Source: Felis catus (lineage: Eukaryota). From it: DNA of 64,000 bases. How positions within the stretch are numbered: position 1 is the first letter of the stretch; each line of letters starts with the position of its first letter. The stretch lies in the NCBI RefSeq assembly GCF_018350175.1, contig NC_058368.1, forward strand, positions 86,306,001-86,370,000. The letters are read 5' to 3'. This document shows, one piece after another, positions 51,441-64,000 of this stretch. Below the pieces are notes generated by a model, which saw only the letters and a list, made by a program, of their open reading frames with translations, was not told the origin of the DNA and searched no databases. A program made the position numbers and the translations under genes.

Positions 51441-54037
51441 GGGAGGGGAAGAGAGAAGGAGACAGAGGATCCAAAGCAGGCTCCAAGCTCTGAGCTATCA
51501 GTACAGAGCCCGATCCGGGGCTTGAACCCATCAGTCATGAGATCATGACCTTAGCCAAAGTCGGACCCTTAACAGACTGAGCCACCAAGGTGCCCTATTT
51601 ATTTTTTATTTTACTTAAGTATAGTTAACCTAGAGGGTTATGTTTGTTTGAGATCTACAATATAGTGATTCAACAACTGTTTATATTACTCAGTTCCTAT
51701 CAAGATAAGTATTCTTAATCCCTTACACTTATTTCACCTATCCCCTGACTCACCTCCCCTCTGGCAACCATCTGTTTTCATTTTATTTGTTTCTTAAATC
51801 CTACATATTAGTGACATCATATAGGATTTTCTTTTTCTGACTGGATTATGGTTCTTAGACTCCTGTCCATTTTTTTTATTGAATTATTTGTTTCTTTGGG
51901 TGTTTTCTTGTGTAAAATATTTATATTTTATGTAAAATAACTATTTATCAGATATTTCATTTGCAAATAGACTCTCCCATTCAATGGATTGTCTTTTAAT
52001 TTGTTAACTGTTTCTTTTGTTGTGCAAAGGTTTTATTTGGATGTAATCACAATAGTTCATTTTTGTGCTTATTTCTCTTATTTCAGGAGGCATATCTAGA
52101 AAAATGTTGCTATAGTTGATGTCAGAGAAGTTACTACCTGTGCTCCCTTCTGGGACTTTTATAATTTCAGGTCCCAAATGTAGGTAGTTAATTTTTTTGA
52201 GTTGATTTTTGTGTATAGTGTACGAAAGTGGTCCAGTTTTATACTTTTGCATGTACTGTCCAGCTTTCCCAACATCATTTGTTGAAGAGACTGTTTTTTC
52301 CCCTGGGATATTCTTTCCTCCTTTGTCAACTATTAATTGACCATATAATCGTTGGCTTACTTCTGGGTTTTCTATTCCGTTCCATTGATCCATGTATATA
52401 TTTTTTATGCCAGTACCATAGAGTATTAACTACTACAATTATATAATAGAACTTGAAATCTGGAATTGTAATACCTCCAGCTTTGTTTTTCTTTTTCTAG
52501 AGTGCTTTGGCTATCCAGGGTCTTTGGTGATTCCATATAAATTATAGGATTGTTGTGAAAAATGCTGTTGGTATTTTGATGGGGATTGTATTTCATGTGT
52601 AGATGCTTTATGCAGTTATACACATTTTAGCAATGTTTGTTCTTCCAATCCATGAGGATGAAATGTCTTCCCATGTGTTTGTGTCATCTTCAAGTTCTTT
52701 CATCAGGTTTTTATAGTTTTTAGAGTACAAGTGTTTAACCTACTTGGTTAAGTTTATTCTTAGATATTATATGATTTTTGATGTAAGAGTAAATGGGATT
52801 ATTTTCTTAATTTCTCTTTCTGCTGCTTCATTTCTGGTGTATATAAATCCAATGGATTTCTGTCCAGTTATTTTGTGTTCTTCAAAATTACAGAATTCCC
52901 TTCAGTTCTGGTGTCTTTTTGGTAGGGTCCTTATGGTTTTTTATATAATATCATGTCATCAGTACATGTTTGAAGTTTTACTCCAGCATTACCATTTTGG
53001 ATGGCTTTATTCCTTTTCCTTGTTTCATTGCTGTGCCTAGGAGCTTAAGGCCTACATTGAATAAAAGTGTTGATAATGAACATCTTTGTCTTATTCCAAT
53101 TTTAGGGGAAATAAAGGTTTTATTAGGTAGGATTATGTTCCCTTGAAACCTATTATTGAGGGCTTTTATCATGAATGGATTGTTTACTTTGTAGAATGTT
53201 TTTTCCTGCATCTATTGAAATGATTGCATTTTTTATCCTGTATCTTATTGATGTGATGTATCACATTAATTGATTTGAAAATATTGTATTCCTTTTGCAT
53301 CCCACAAGTAAATCCAACTTGATTCTGGAGAATGACTTTTTAAATGTATTGGTGGATCCTGTTTGTTAATATTTTGTTGAGAAAATTTTGCATCTGTATC
53401 AGAGATATTGTCCTGTTATTCTCCTTTGGTCATACTGTGTTTATCTTGTTTTGGTATCAGGGAAATGCTGCCATCATAAAATGAATTTGGACATTTTCCT
53501 TCCATTTTTATTTTTGCAATAGTTGGAGAAGAGTAGGTAATACCTCTTCCTTAAATGCTTGGTAGAATTCACCCGTAAAACCATCTGGGCCTGGACTTTT
53601 GTTACTTGAGAATTCTCTGATTACTGATTCAATTTCATTACTGGTAATCAGTCTGTTCAAAATGTCTATTTCATCCTGATTCAGTTTTGGAAAGTTATGT
53701 GTATTTAGGAATTTATCCATTTCTTCTAGATTGCCCAATTTATTAGCACGTATTTTTTTATAATATTCTCTTACTATCTTCTGTATTTCTGTGGTGTAAG
53801 TTGTTATTTCTCCACTTTTATTTGTGATTTTGTTCATATGAGTCACTAACTCTTTTTGTGACTGCTAAAGTTTTATCAATTTTGTTGATATTTTCAAAGA
53901 ACCAGCCTCTGTTTTCTTGTTCTGTTCCAATTTTGGTGTGTTTTTCTTCTTTTGCTTTTTCGGTTCTTGTAATGTCTTTTTTTTTCTGTTCTAATACTTA
54001 TTATTTCCTTTCTTCTACTGCTTTTGTTTTGTTTTGC

Positions 54038-54085
<48 letters not shown>

Positions 54086-57000
54086 CCTTTATGTGTAAGT
54101 TTAGGTTTTTATTTGAGATTTGTCATGCTTCATGAGGTAGCCCTGTTCGGCTATAAACTTCCAACTTACAATAGTTTTTCCTGCATCCTAAAGATTTTGG
54201 ACCATTATGTTTTTATATTCATCTCATGCATTCTACGACTTCATCCTTGATTTATTGGTTAAACAATTAACTGTTTAGAAGCATACTATTTAATCTCCAT
54301 TTATTTGGGGTTCTTCCATTTTAATCTTGTGATTGGTTTCTAGTTTCATGGAGTTGTGGTCAGAAAGAATGTGCAGAATGATTTCTATCTTGTTTGAATT
54401 TGGGGAGAATGTTGGTGGCCTAATTATTGTCTTGGAAATAATGTGAATTCTCCTGTTTTAGAATGAAAAGTTCTGAATATATCTGTTAAATCTATCTGGT
54501 ATAAAAATCAATCAAAGCCACTGTTTCCTTGTTGATTTTCTGTTTGATGTGCCCACTGATGTCTGTGAAGTTTTAATGTTCCCTACTATTATTATGTTAT
54601 TCTTAATTACTTCCTTTATGTTTGTTATATAACTGCTTTATAATTTGGGTGATCCAGGTTAGGTGCATGAATATCTACAATTGTTATATCTTCTTGTTAG
54701 ATTGTTCCTTTTCTGATTATATATTTTCCTTCTCTGTCCCTTTTTACAGTCTTTCTTTTTTACCCAATTTTGTCCCATGTATTACTATCACAGCTTTATT
54801 TTAACAATCTTTTTTTTTTTCATAACAAATGCTTCTCAATCCCTTCTCTTTCAATCTGCATGAGTCTTTAGGACTGATGACACTATTTTATGCAGCATAG
54901 AGATAGACCTTGTTTTTTACCCATTCCATCATCCTATGACTTTTGATTGGAGAATTTCATCTATTTACATTCAAAGTAATTATTGATATGTATTTATGGC
55001 CATTGTGTTATTTGTTTTGTGGTTATTTCTGTAGTATTTTCATTGTATGAAAAGTCTTTATTTAAATTCCAGTTAGTGAATATACAGTGTAATTTTATTT
55101 TAAGGTATACAATAGAGTGATAAATACTTCCATACAACACCTGGTGTTCATTAAAAGTCCACTTCTTGGGGCGCCTGGGTGGCACAGTCGGTTGAGCGTC
55201 CGACTTCAGCCAGGTCACGATCTCGCGGTCCGTGGGTTCGAGCCCCGTGTCGGGCTCTGGGCTGATGGCTCAGAGCCTGGAGCCTGTTTTCGATTCTGTG
55301 TCTCCCTCTCTCTCTGCCCCTCCCCTGTTCATGCTATGTCTCTCTCTGTCCCAAAAATAAATAAACGTTGAAAAAAAAATAAAAAAAAAAAAGTCCACTT
55401 CTTATTCTCCACCACCTATTTAACCCATCACCCCACCCAACTTCCTTCAGGTAACTATCCATTTGTTCTCTACAGTTAAGAATCTTTTTGTTTCCCTCTT
55501 TTCTCCCTTTTTTGTTTTCTTTTCCTTTTTCTTTTTCTTTGTTTCTTTTACTTAAATTCAACATATGAGTGAAATGATACGGTGTTTCTTATTCTCTGAC
55601 TTATTTTGCTTAGCATTGTACTCTTCAGCTCCATCCATGCCAAAGCAAATAGAGAAACTGTCTTGTGTTTTATGATTGAGTAATATCACATTATATAATA
55701 TAATCTTATCCATTTATAAGGAAGTGGTCACTTGGGCTGTTTCCATAATTTGGCTGTTGTAGATACTGCTGCTATAAACTTTGAAGTGCATGTAACTCCT
55801 TGATTTAGTATTTTTGTATTCTTTGTGCAAATTCATAGTAGTACAATGGGTGGATCATAGGGTAGTTTTATTTTTAATGTAATACCGATTTATTTATTTA
55901 TTTATTTATAAAATTTTAGTTAATATACAGTGCAATATTGGTTTCTGGAGTAGAATTCATTGATTCATCACTTACATACAACACCCAGAGCTCATCACAA
56001 GTGCCCTCTTTAACACCCACCACCCATCTAGCCCATCCTTCACCCACCTCCATCCATGAAACTTCAGTTTTGTCTCTTACCTTCAGAGTCTTTTTTGACT
56101 TGTTTCCCTCTCTCCTTTTTGAAGAAGCCCCATACTGTTTTCCAGAGTAGCTGCACCAGTGTGCATTCCCACCAACAGTGCAAGAGGATTCCCCTTTCTC
56201 CATATCCTGGCCAATAGATGTTGTTTCTTGTGTTATTGATATTAGCTATTCTGACAAAACTGAGATGATGTTTCATTGTACTTTTGATTGTTGAGCATTT
56301 TTCATGTGTCTGTTGGCAATTTGGATGTCTTTGTTTCTTTGGAAAAAAATGTCTATTTGTGTCCTCTGCCCATTTTAATTAAATTATTAGTTTTTAAATG
56401 TTGACTTTAATAGGTTTTTTATATATTTTGATACTAACCCTTTATCACATATGTCATTTGCAAATATCTTCTCTCATAATATAGGTTGTCTTTTAGTTGT
56501 GTTGATTATTTTCTTCACTGTGCAGAAACTTTTTGTTTTGATGAAGTTGAAGAGTTTATTTTGTTTAGTTGCTTGTTTCACTTGCATCAGTAGACATATT
56601 TAGTAAAAATGACACTGCTGGGGCACCTGGATGGCTCAGTCCATTAAGCATCCAACTTTGCCTCATGTCATGATCTCATCCATGAGTTCAAGCCCTGCAT
56701 CAGGCTCTGTGCTGACAGCTTGGAGCCTGAAGCCTGCTTCAGATTCTGTGTCTCCCTCTCTATCTGTTCTTCCCCTGATCATGCGCTCTCTCTCTCTCTC
56801 TCTCTCAAAAATAAGTAAACATTTAAAATTACATTTAAAAAATGACGTTGCTAAGGCTGATATCCAAGACGTTCCTGCCTGTTTTCTCATCTAGAATTTT
56901 AATGATTTCCTGTATCACATTTAGTTCTTTAATACATTTTGAATTTATTTGTGTGTACCATGTAAGAAAGTGGTCCAGTTTCATTCTTATGAATGTAACT

Positions 57001-59790
57001 GTCCAGTTTTCCCGACACCAATTGTTGAAGTGACTGTCATTGTTCCATTGGACATTCTTTCCTGCTTTGTCAAAGTTTAATTGACCATATTTTGTGGTTT
57101 CACTTCTGCATTTCTATTCTGTTACATTTACCTGTATGTCTGTTTTTGTAACAGTACTATACTATCTTGATAACTAACACTTGGTAATATAACTTGAAGT
57201 CTGAATTATGGAATTGTGATATCTGCAGCTTTGCTTTATTTATTTATTTTTCCCCCAGATTCCTTTAGTCATTAGGGTTTTTTTGTGGTTCTATACCAAT
57301 TTTAGAATTTTTCTAGCTCTGTGAATATTGGTTGTATTTTGATAAGGATTGCATTAAATGTGTAGATTCCTTTGGGTAGTTTAGACATTTTAACATTATT
57401 TATTTTCTGGTCCATAAGCATGAAATTCCTTTCCCTTATTTTGTGTTATCTTCAATTTCTCTCATCAGTGTTTTATATTTTTCAGAGTACAGGTGTTTCA
57501 CCTCTTTGGTTAAGTTTGTTCCTATATATATTTTTTGCTTTTGGTGTAATTATAAATGGTTTTGTGCTTTGTGCACTCTGCTGTTTTGTTTTTGCTGATC
57601 TATCCTTGAGGCCAGTCATATGCAGAGGCTCTCCTTGCCAGGTGTGAGCAGTGTTTTGTCCCTGGCCTGGATATGACCAGTTTTACTTTGGTGTGTTTTG
57701 GTCTGCTTATGAAGTTAGTTCTGACACCACTTGCACAGACTGGTGGGGGTTCCCCATTGTGTGAGTCTTTTTCTCTCCTCTTTCAGTGTCTGCAATGTCC
57801 TTCACTCCCATAGAAAGTCCTGTTGTTCTGTTAAGCTACAGATAATATCTTTGCATCTTCTACTTTCTCTGATGTGGCCTCTTCTCTATATTTAGTTGTG
57901 GTTTGTTCTGCCAGTACCTGAGTCCTTATATGAGTTGATTACACAGATGTGAGTGTTACCTAATTATATCCATGGGAGAAGGCAAGTTTAGGATCCTCCT
58001 ACTCCACCATTTTCCCTAAAATCCACAGTTAGTTATTTTGAAGAAAAAACAAACAAACAAACAAACAAAAACCTCAAGTTCTGTTCCAATAAGGTGAGGC
58101 CAAGAGACTCGGAACTCACTTCCTCCCTTCCGCAGCATTCTACAAATATATTTAGAGCAATTCCTCCTGAAGAAATGTGGGCTGAGTGAACAGCATCTGC
58201 ACTTCAGAAAATAGAAAGACCATATACAGAATTGAAAGAGAGTTGGAGACTTAGTAAAAAAAGGAACCTCCCATCCCACAATGCTGTGAAATGCATTCGA
58301 CAGGGATAATACTAAGGGAACTTAAACTGATTTTTCTGTCCTAGGACACAGAAAATAAACACAACTTATGCAAATAGAATGTAAAATGATGTGGGGCCAT
58401 CAATCAAAAGATCAGAAAGAATTCTTGACATGTTTTAAGTGCAAAAGGATGCTTTTATTAAAGTACAGGGACAGGATTCATGGGCAGAAAGACTTGTATT
58501 TTGATTGTGAGGAGGGACTGATTATCTACTTTTGCATTATTTTCATTAAGGATAAGTAACTCTCCAAGGAATTTGAGTGTTCAAAATGAGGTTTATAAGG
58601 AGTTTAGAGATCTGGCTATTGTCAAGATAGGGTTATCCTTTATTTTCTAGTAAAACAACAGTTATGAGAACCTTTAGAATTGTCAACTTCTGCATGTCTC
58701 AGATGTGCATCTGCAGGACCCATTTTGTAAAGTAATTCCTTTTGGTTATATTCATTCTGCCTTTGTTTTCCTCATCATAAAAGTTTCAGGACTTGAATTT
58801 CTACAAATGGCAGAGGAGCTGCTGAAACTCTCTCTGGAATGGAGAGGTTTGTGAGCACCAAGTTTTACATTCTGTTTTCACCTTAACAACATGGACAGTA
58901 GCAAGGTTACCATGTCTTACCCTGCCTGAGACATGCCTGCCAATTAAGTGAGCCATGGCTATTATCAAAAAGACAAAAGATAATAAGTGTTGGTCAGAAA
59001 GTAGAGAAAAGAGGATTTTTGTACATTGCTGGTAGAAATGTAAATTGTTACAGTCACTATATACAAGACTATGGAGTTCCTAAATTAATTAAAAAATAGA
59101 AATAATATATGATTCTGCAACCCCAATTCAAGTTATATATCCAAAGGAAGTAAAATCCATATCTTGAAGAATTAATGCAGTCTTGTGATTATTACAGCGT
59201 TATCTGCATTAGCTAAGATATGGGAAGAACCAAAAAGTGAATCAAGGAATAAATAGATAAGAAAATATGGAAAAAGGAAATCCTTACATTTGTAGCAACA
59301 TAGATGAAACTGTATGGCATTATGCTAATTACAGTGAGCCATATACATAAATATAAGTGCCCATTTACACTGATAGGTGGAAACTAAAATGGTAAAACTT
59401 ATAGAAGGAAAAAATTAAATGGCAGTATTCAATGTTTGAAAGGAGGAGAAATGTGGGGAGATTTGGGCCAAAGGCTATAAAATTTCCATTATACAAGATG
59501 AATAAGAGCTGGAGATCTCTTCTATAATGTGAATGTAGTTAACAATACTGTATTGTATGCTTGAAATTTTCTAGGATGATTAATCTTAAGTGATCTCACC
59601 AGGAAACCAAGAAGAAGGAGGAGAGGAGAAGAAGGAGAAGAAAGAAAAGAAGGAAGGAAAGAAAAGAAAGAAAGAAAGAAAGAAAAAAAGAAAGAAAGAA
59701 AGAAAGGAAGGAAGAAAGAGGAAAGAAAACTGTGTAAGTTGATGGATACATTAATTAACTGGTTTGTGGTGATTATTTCACAATGTGTAT
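51283..59790 (-). repeat. Outer inverted segmental duplication, right arm (mate ~8365-16905), carrying the mirrored L1s, SINEs and LTR
   Basis: See left arm; e.g. [13 protein letters not shown] in ORF 53508..53846 mirrors 14495..14683. Confidence 0.95.
55168..55388 (+). mobile_element. Young felid SINE, right-arm specific
   Basis: TSD aaaagtccacttctt at 55153 and 55389; empty site aagaagtggactt at ~12950 in the left arm. Confidence 0.95.
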
Positions 59791-60869
59791 GTATATCAAA
59801 ACACCAAATCATACATTTTAAATGTATACAATTTTTCTTTATCAAGTATACTTCAATAAACCTGGAAGAAAAAAAAACAAGAGTTAACATAACATTGTAC
59901 AAGATAGTGTAACTGGATACTTAACATGTGCTTTGCATAAGTCAACACTGAGCAATAGTGTGACATTTACCATCTTTATTATCACCATTCCAGCAACATC
60001 AAGAAAGTTACCATCAAATTATTTTCATCTACACACATGTTATGCCTAGTTTTATCAGCAAAGTATTCCCCACAGTATTCCTATGGACGATTTCCACTTT
60101 GTTATCACAAAGTACCTTCAATTTTGAATGTAGATATTATTATTTCACTTGAAGCTTAGTTGTATACAAAGTTTAAAGACAAAATGCAAATGTTAATCAC
60201 AGAAAGCAATAAAATTAGGCACAATTTGAGTTTAAAAAGTACTGGATAAGGTTTCCAGTATTTCCATGAATACCTAAATTATTTCTAGATGTCCTTTAAA
60301 TTTAAAAAACATATATCTATTTTGATATATATTACATACACGTGCTATTGCTCTGAAACAGATAAATTCAGTTTTGTCTTTCTTAAAAGGTCAATTTTAT
60401 ATTTTTGATAAAATTGAGACAAAGAGTCATTTAATTAGAAATAATAGATTCATATAAATTAAAAGAATATATGAGAACTACTAAGTTTCCCCTAGTAATC
60501 ATGTAACTACTGTGCCCACGAACAAAAATAACTCACAAAGAAGAAGAGAGTGAAATATAGGCTTTCATTTTAGAAATAAATAAATCACAGGAATAAAAGC
60601 AGAGCCTAAGGAACATAGTCAATGATATTGCAATAGCCTTGTATTGGGACAGATGTTGGCTATACTTATGGTGAGCATAGCATATGTATACACTTTTCAA
60701 ATGTTGTACACCTGAAACTAATGTAATATTGTGTGTCTACTGTAATCAAATAAAAAAACTTAAAAAATATATATACACCCAACAAAAATCCAAGTGAGAA
60801 AATGGAAATTCTACTCTGTACAATTGTTATTTAGAATTTTGACTCTTATGTGTTAATTTTGTTCATAAT

Positions 60870-61076
60870 TTTTTTAAGTTTATTAAGTTATTTTGAGAGA
60901 CAGACAGAGAGAACATGTGAGGGAAAGGAAGAGATGGAGAGGGAGAGAATCCCAAGCAGTCTCCACAGTGTCAGCCCAGAGCCTGATGAAGGGCTGGAAC
61001 CCACAGATTGTGAGATCATGATCTCAGCAAAATTCAATAGTCAGGTGCTTAACTCACTGAGTCACCCAGGTGCCCC
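60870..61076 (-). mobile_element. Can-SINE with 17-bp TSD
   Basis: atgtgttaattttgttc at 60848 and 61077. Confidence 0.93.
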
Positions 61077-61997
61077 ATGTGTTAATTTTGTTCTTACATA
61101 TAATGAGTCACTTATTTATTAAAGATCACCTTAAAATGATAGTCACTTAATGCAAACAGCAATCCAAATTGCCAGAACATTAATGCAATGGAATTAACAT
61201 AATATGTAAACACATCACATGCTCTACTCATGGGGAATATACATCATGTTACACATACAATATTGAAACTTCACCCACTGGCTACCATTCCCCATGTCCA
61301 GAGGATTCATCACAGGTTCTCAGCACAAAGCATCTTCTCTTCCTCAATAAATACAATTTATCTTTCAAATGTAATGATTTCTTAAAATATATTGGTATGA
61401 TTATTGACAAATAAATTATTCTCACATTTGAAATTCCCTTTACATCTATGTATATTATTTTTAGTATATATTTTCTCACACAGAATTATTTTTAAAGTGA
61501 CCATAAATTGACAAACATGATATCACTTTGTATAGACATCAGTTTTATTTAGCATGAATCCAGGGGAGAAGTTCATAGATAATATCTGTTTGAGTTTATT
61601 ATCAACTTTACTATGTTTCACTGCTATCTTACAATAGATTATCAGGAGTCACACCAATTCTTTCCAATACTGTAAAATGATATAATTTTTAGGTTTAAAT
61701 AAAGGTTCATTTTTTTAAAGTACGCAAGTATTTAGGGAAGTGATTCATTTTGCAATTGTATACACACACACACACACACAATCTTTTAAATCCATTTCAA
61801 TCAAATGAAATGTACTTTTTAAAATAACCTGGTTAGGGAGATACCTTAATATATCAATTGCTTTTTAATTGTTTGTAAATAACATTTCTTACTAATTGTA
61901 ATAAAATTCTTTCAAGCACTTGGTGAAAAGTTTCATCTCTTATGTGATAAATTAAAATAAATGTACGGTTAGGACATGAGCCTTCTGTTATGTTCCC

Positions 61998-62228
61998 GTT
62001 TTTTTTTTTTTAATTTTTTTTTCAACGTTTATTTATTTTTTTTGGGACAGAGAGAGACAGGGCATGAACGGGGGAGGGGCAGAGAGAGAGGGAGACACAG
62101 AATCGGAAACAGGCTCCAGGCTCTGAGCCATCAACCCAGAGCCTGACGCGGGGCTCGAACTCACTGACCGCGAGATCGTGACCTGGCTGAAGTCGGACGC
62201 TCAACCGACTGCGCCACCCAGACACCCC
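61998..62228 (-). mobile_element. Young felid SINE
   Basis: TSD tgttatgttcc at 61986 and 62229. Confidence 0.94.
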
Positions 62229-63049
62229 TGTTATGTTCCAGTTTTACAACATCACTAGATTGAATAGCTGACAGTGGTCATACAGTCATTATATGAACAG
62301 TTATTTTTATAAGCAGACACCTATGCATACTTTTCAGACAACTGTATACATTCATCACTTATCCCAGCACTTTTCATTTTAGATAATTTCGTAAAGACTG
62401 AGGAACAACCATGATTGCAGTTCTTCTTTACCTAGACATTAAAGATAAGACTTCTCTTGTGTATGTGTGTTCACTTGGGAAAGTCCAGTGAGACTTGAAT
62501 AATATAGTTTAAGTCACTAATAGAAGATGGCCTAAGGCCAAGATTTATTTCTTTACAAGTTTTCTGACATTTATTAAAGATCACTTTAGTGGGGAATCAA
62601 AAATATATTTTCCATATTCTTCCAATATTATTATGTCTTTTAACACATATGGAGTCATATATTTTATATATTGTTATTCCATAATTGCATAAAAATAGCC
62701 TGTAAATATATTACTTTCTTTGGCATGTTGGAGGATATTGGCTAGAAAATTTGATACACTATAATGGAATATAATGAATTTAATACAAACAAATATTCGG
62801 AAATTCTTATATTATCCCATAATAATTTAGGGTAGATACTGATTTTTGAATTTTTCCAATTCAATTGGAAATTACCATTAAATCATAAAATATATTTTAC
62901 ATTTTAAAATAGGTTATAAAAAGACATACTACTGCTTTTGATAGACTACTATTTATAAAATATTCAATAATGCATTTTTTAATGCAGATAACCCGTTAAA
63001 TGTTCTTAGATTTCCTATGGTCTCTAGTAGTTTCACCAGTGATATGTTT

Positions 63050-63288
63050 TGTTTTTTGTTTTTTGTTTTTTAATTTTTTTTTCAACGTTTTTTATTTATT
63101 TTTGGGACAGAGAGAGACAGAGCATGAACGGGGGAGGGGCAGAGAGAGAGGGAGACACAGAATCGGAAACAGGCTCCAGGCTCTGAGCCATCAGCCCAGA
63201 GCCCGATGTGGGGCTCGAACTCACGGACCGTGAGATCGTGACCTGGCTGAAGTAGGACGCTTAACTGACTGCACCACCCAGGCGCCCC
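63050..63288 (-). mobile_element. Young felid SINE
   Basis: TSD accagtgatatgttt at 63035 and 63290. Confidence 0.95.
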
Positions 63289-63399
63289 AACCAGTGATAT
63301 GTTTATCTTGCGAAGGAGTACTACAATTACTTTAGAGTTTTTTTCAAACTTTTTTCTGTGATAAAATATATCAAAACACAAAACACAAAACACAAAATT

Positions 63400-64000
63400 G
63401 TCAATTTTTAACCATTTTGACTGTACAATTCAGTGAAATTAAGTACATTCACATTTTGTTCAATCATCCTTATGATCCCTTTCTAGAATATTTTCACCAT
63501 CCCAAACTGAAGCTTCTCATCCTGCAATTCTAACAATTCTTTGTATCAGTTAATTTGCCAATTCTAATTACATCATAATTGGAAACACACAGTATTTTCC
63601 TTTTCTGTCTGACTTGTCTACCTTAGAAAAATGTTCCCATGTTTTTTCTTTTATTATTAATTATTATTATTATTATTATTATTATTATTTATTTTAAATT
63701 CCAATATAGTTAACATAGAGTATTATATTATTTTCAGGCATGCAATGTAGTGATTTTACAATTCTATATGTTATTCAGTGCTTATCATGCCAAGTGTACT
63801 CCTTAATTTCCATCACCTGTTTCACTCATCCAACCCACATCTCCACTATGGTATTCTATACTTCACAGTCTGTTTCTATGGTTTATCAATTTTTTCCATT
63901 TATTTTGTTTCTTAAATTCCACATAGGAGTGAAATCATATGGAATTACTCTTCTCTGATTGACTTCTTTTGCTAAGCATTATAGTCTCTAGCTCTGCCTA
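63400..64000 (-). mobile_element. L1 3'-end fragments (old L1M then carnivore L1 with a (TTA)n tail)
   Basis: aaattccaatatagttaacatag 3'-end signature. Confidence 0.75.

Noticed and set aside
27596..63393. Recurrent short ORFs with GFEPRVGLWADGSEPGACFRFCVSLSLCPSP or RETEHERGRGRE
   Set aside because: Translations of Can-SINE copies, not a protein family

Overview
Mammalian genomic DNA, almost certainly felid given the cat-type tRNA-derived Can-SINEs and felid-type L1. It is AT-rich and dominated by repeats, typical of an olfactory receptor cluster. The only intact host gene is a single-exon class II olfactory receptor of the OR2L subfamily (39361-40299, minus, 312 aa). The rest is LINE-1 (young felid and older carnivore/mammalian), about 19 Can-SINEs (many with readable TSDs), a decayed class I ERV with integrase and env remnants, a betaretrovirus-like LTR-gag fragment with a tRNA-Trp-like PBS, and a MER45-type hAT element. 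The main hidden structure is a nested inverted duplication: outer arms ~8365-16905 / ~51283-59790 and inner arms ~24446-25915 / ~34602-36035, with a perfect 87-bp-arm hairpin (33569-33750) in the central spacer. The OR gene has no mirror copy, and its mirror position holds truncated elements consistent with deletion. I found no convincing new protein-coding system; the findings are structural and evolutionary. Repeat family names come from recalled consensus features and identities were judged by eye, so both need RepeatMasker/alignment confirmation.
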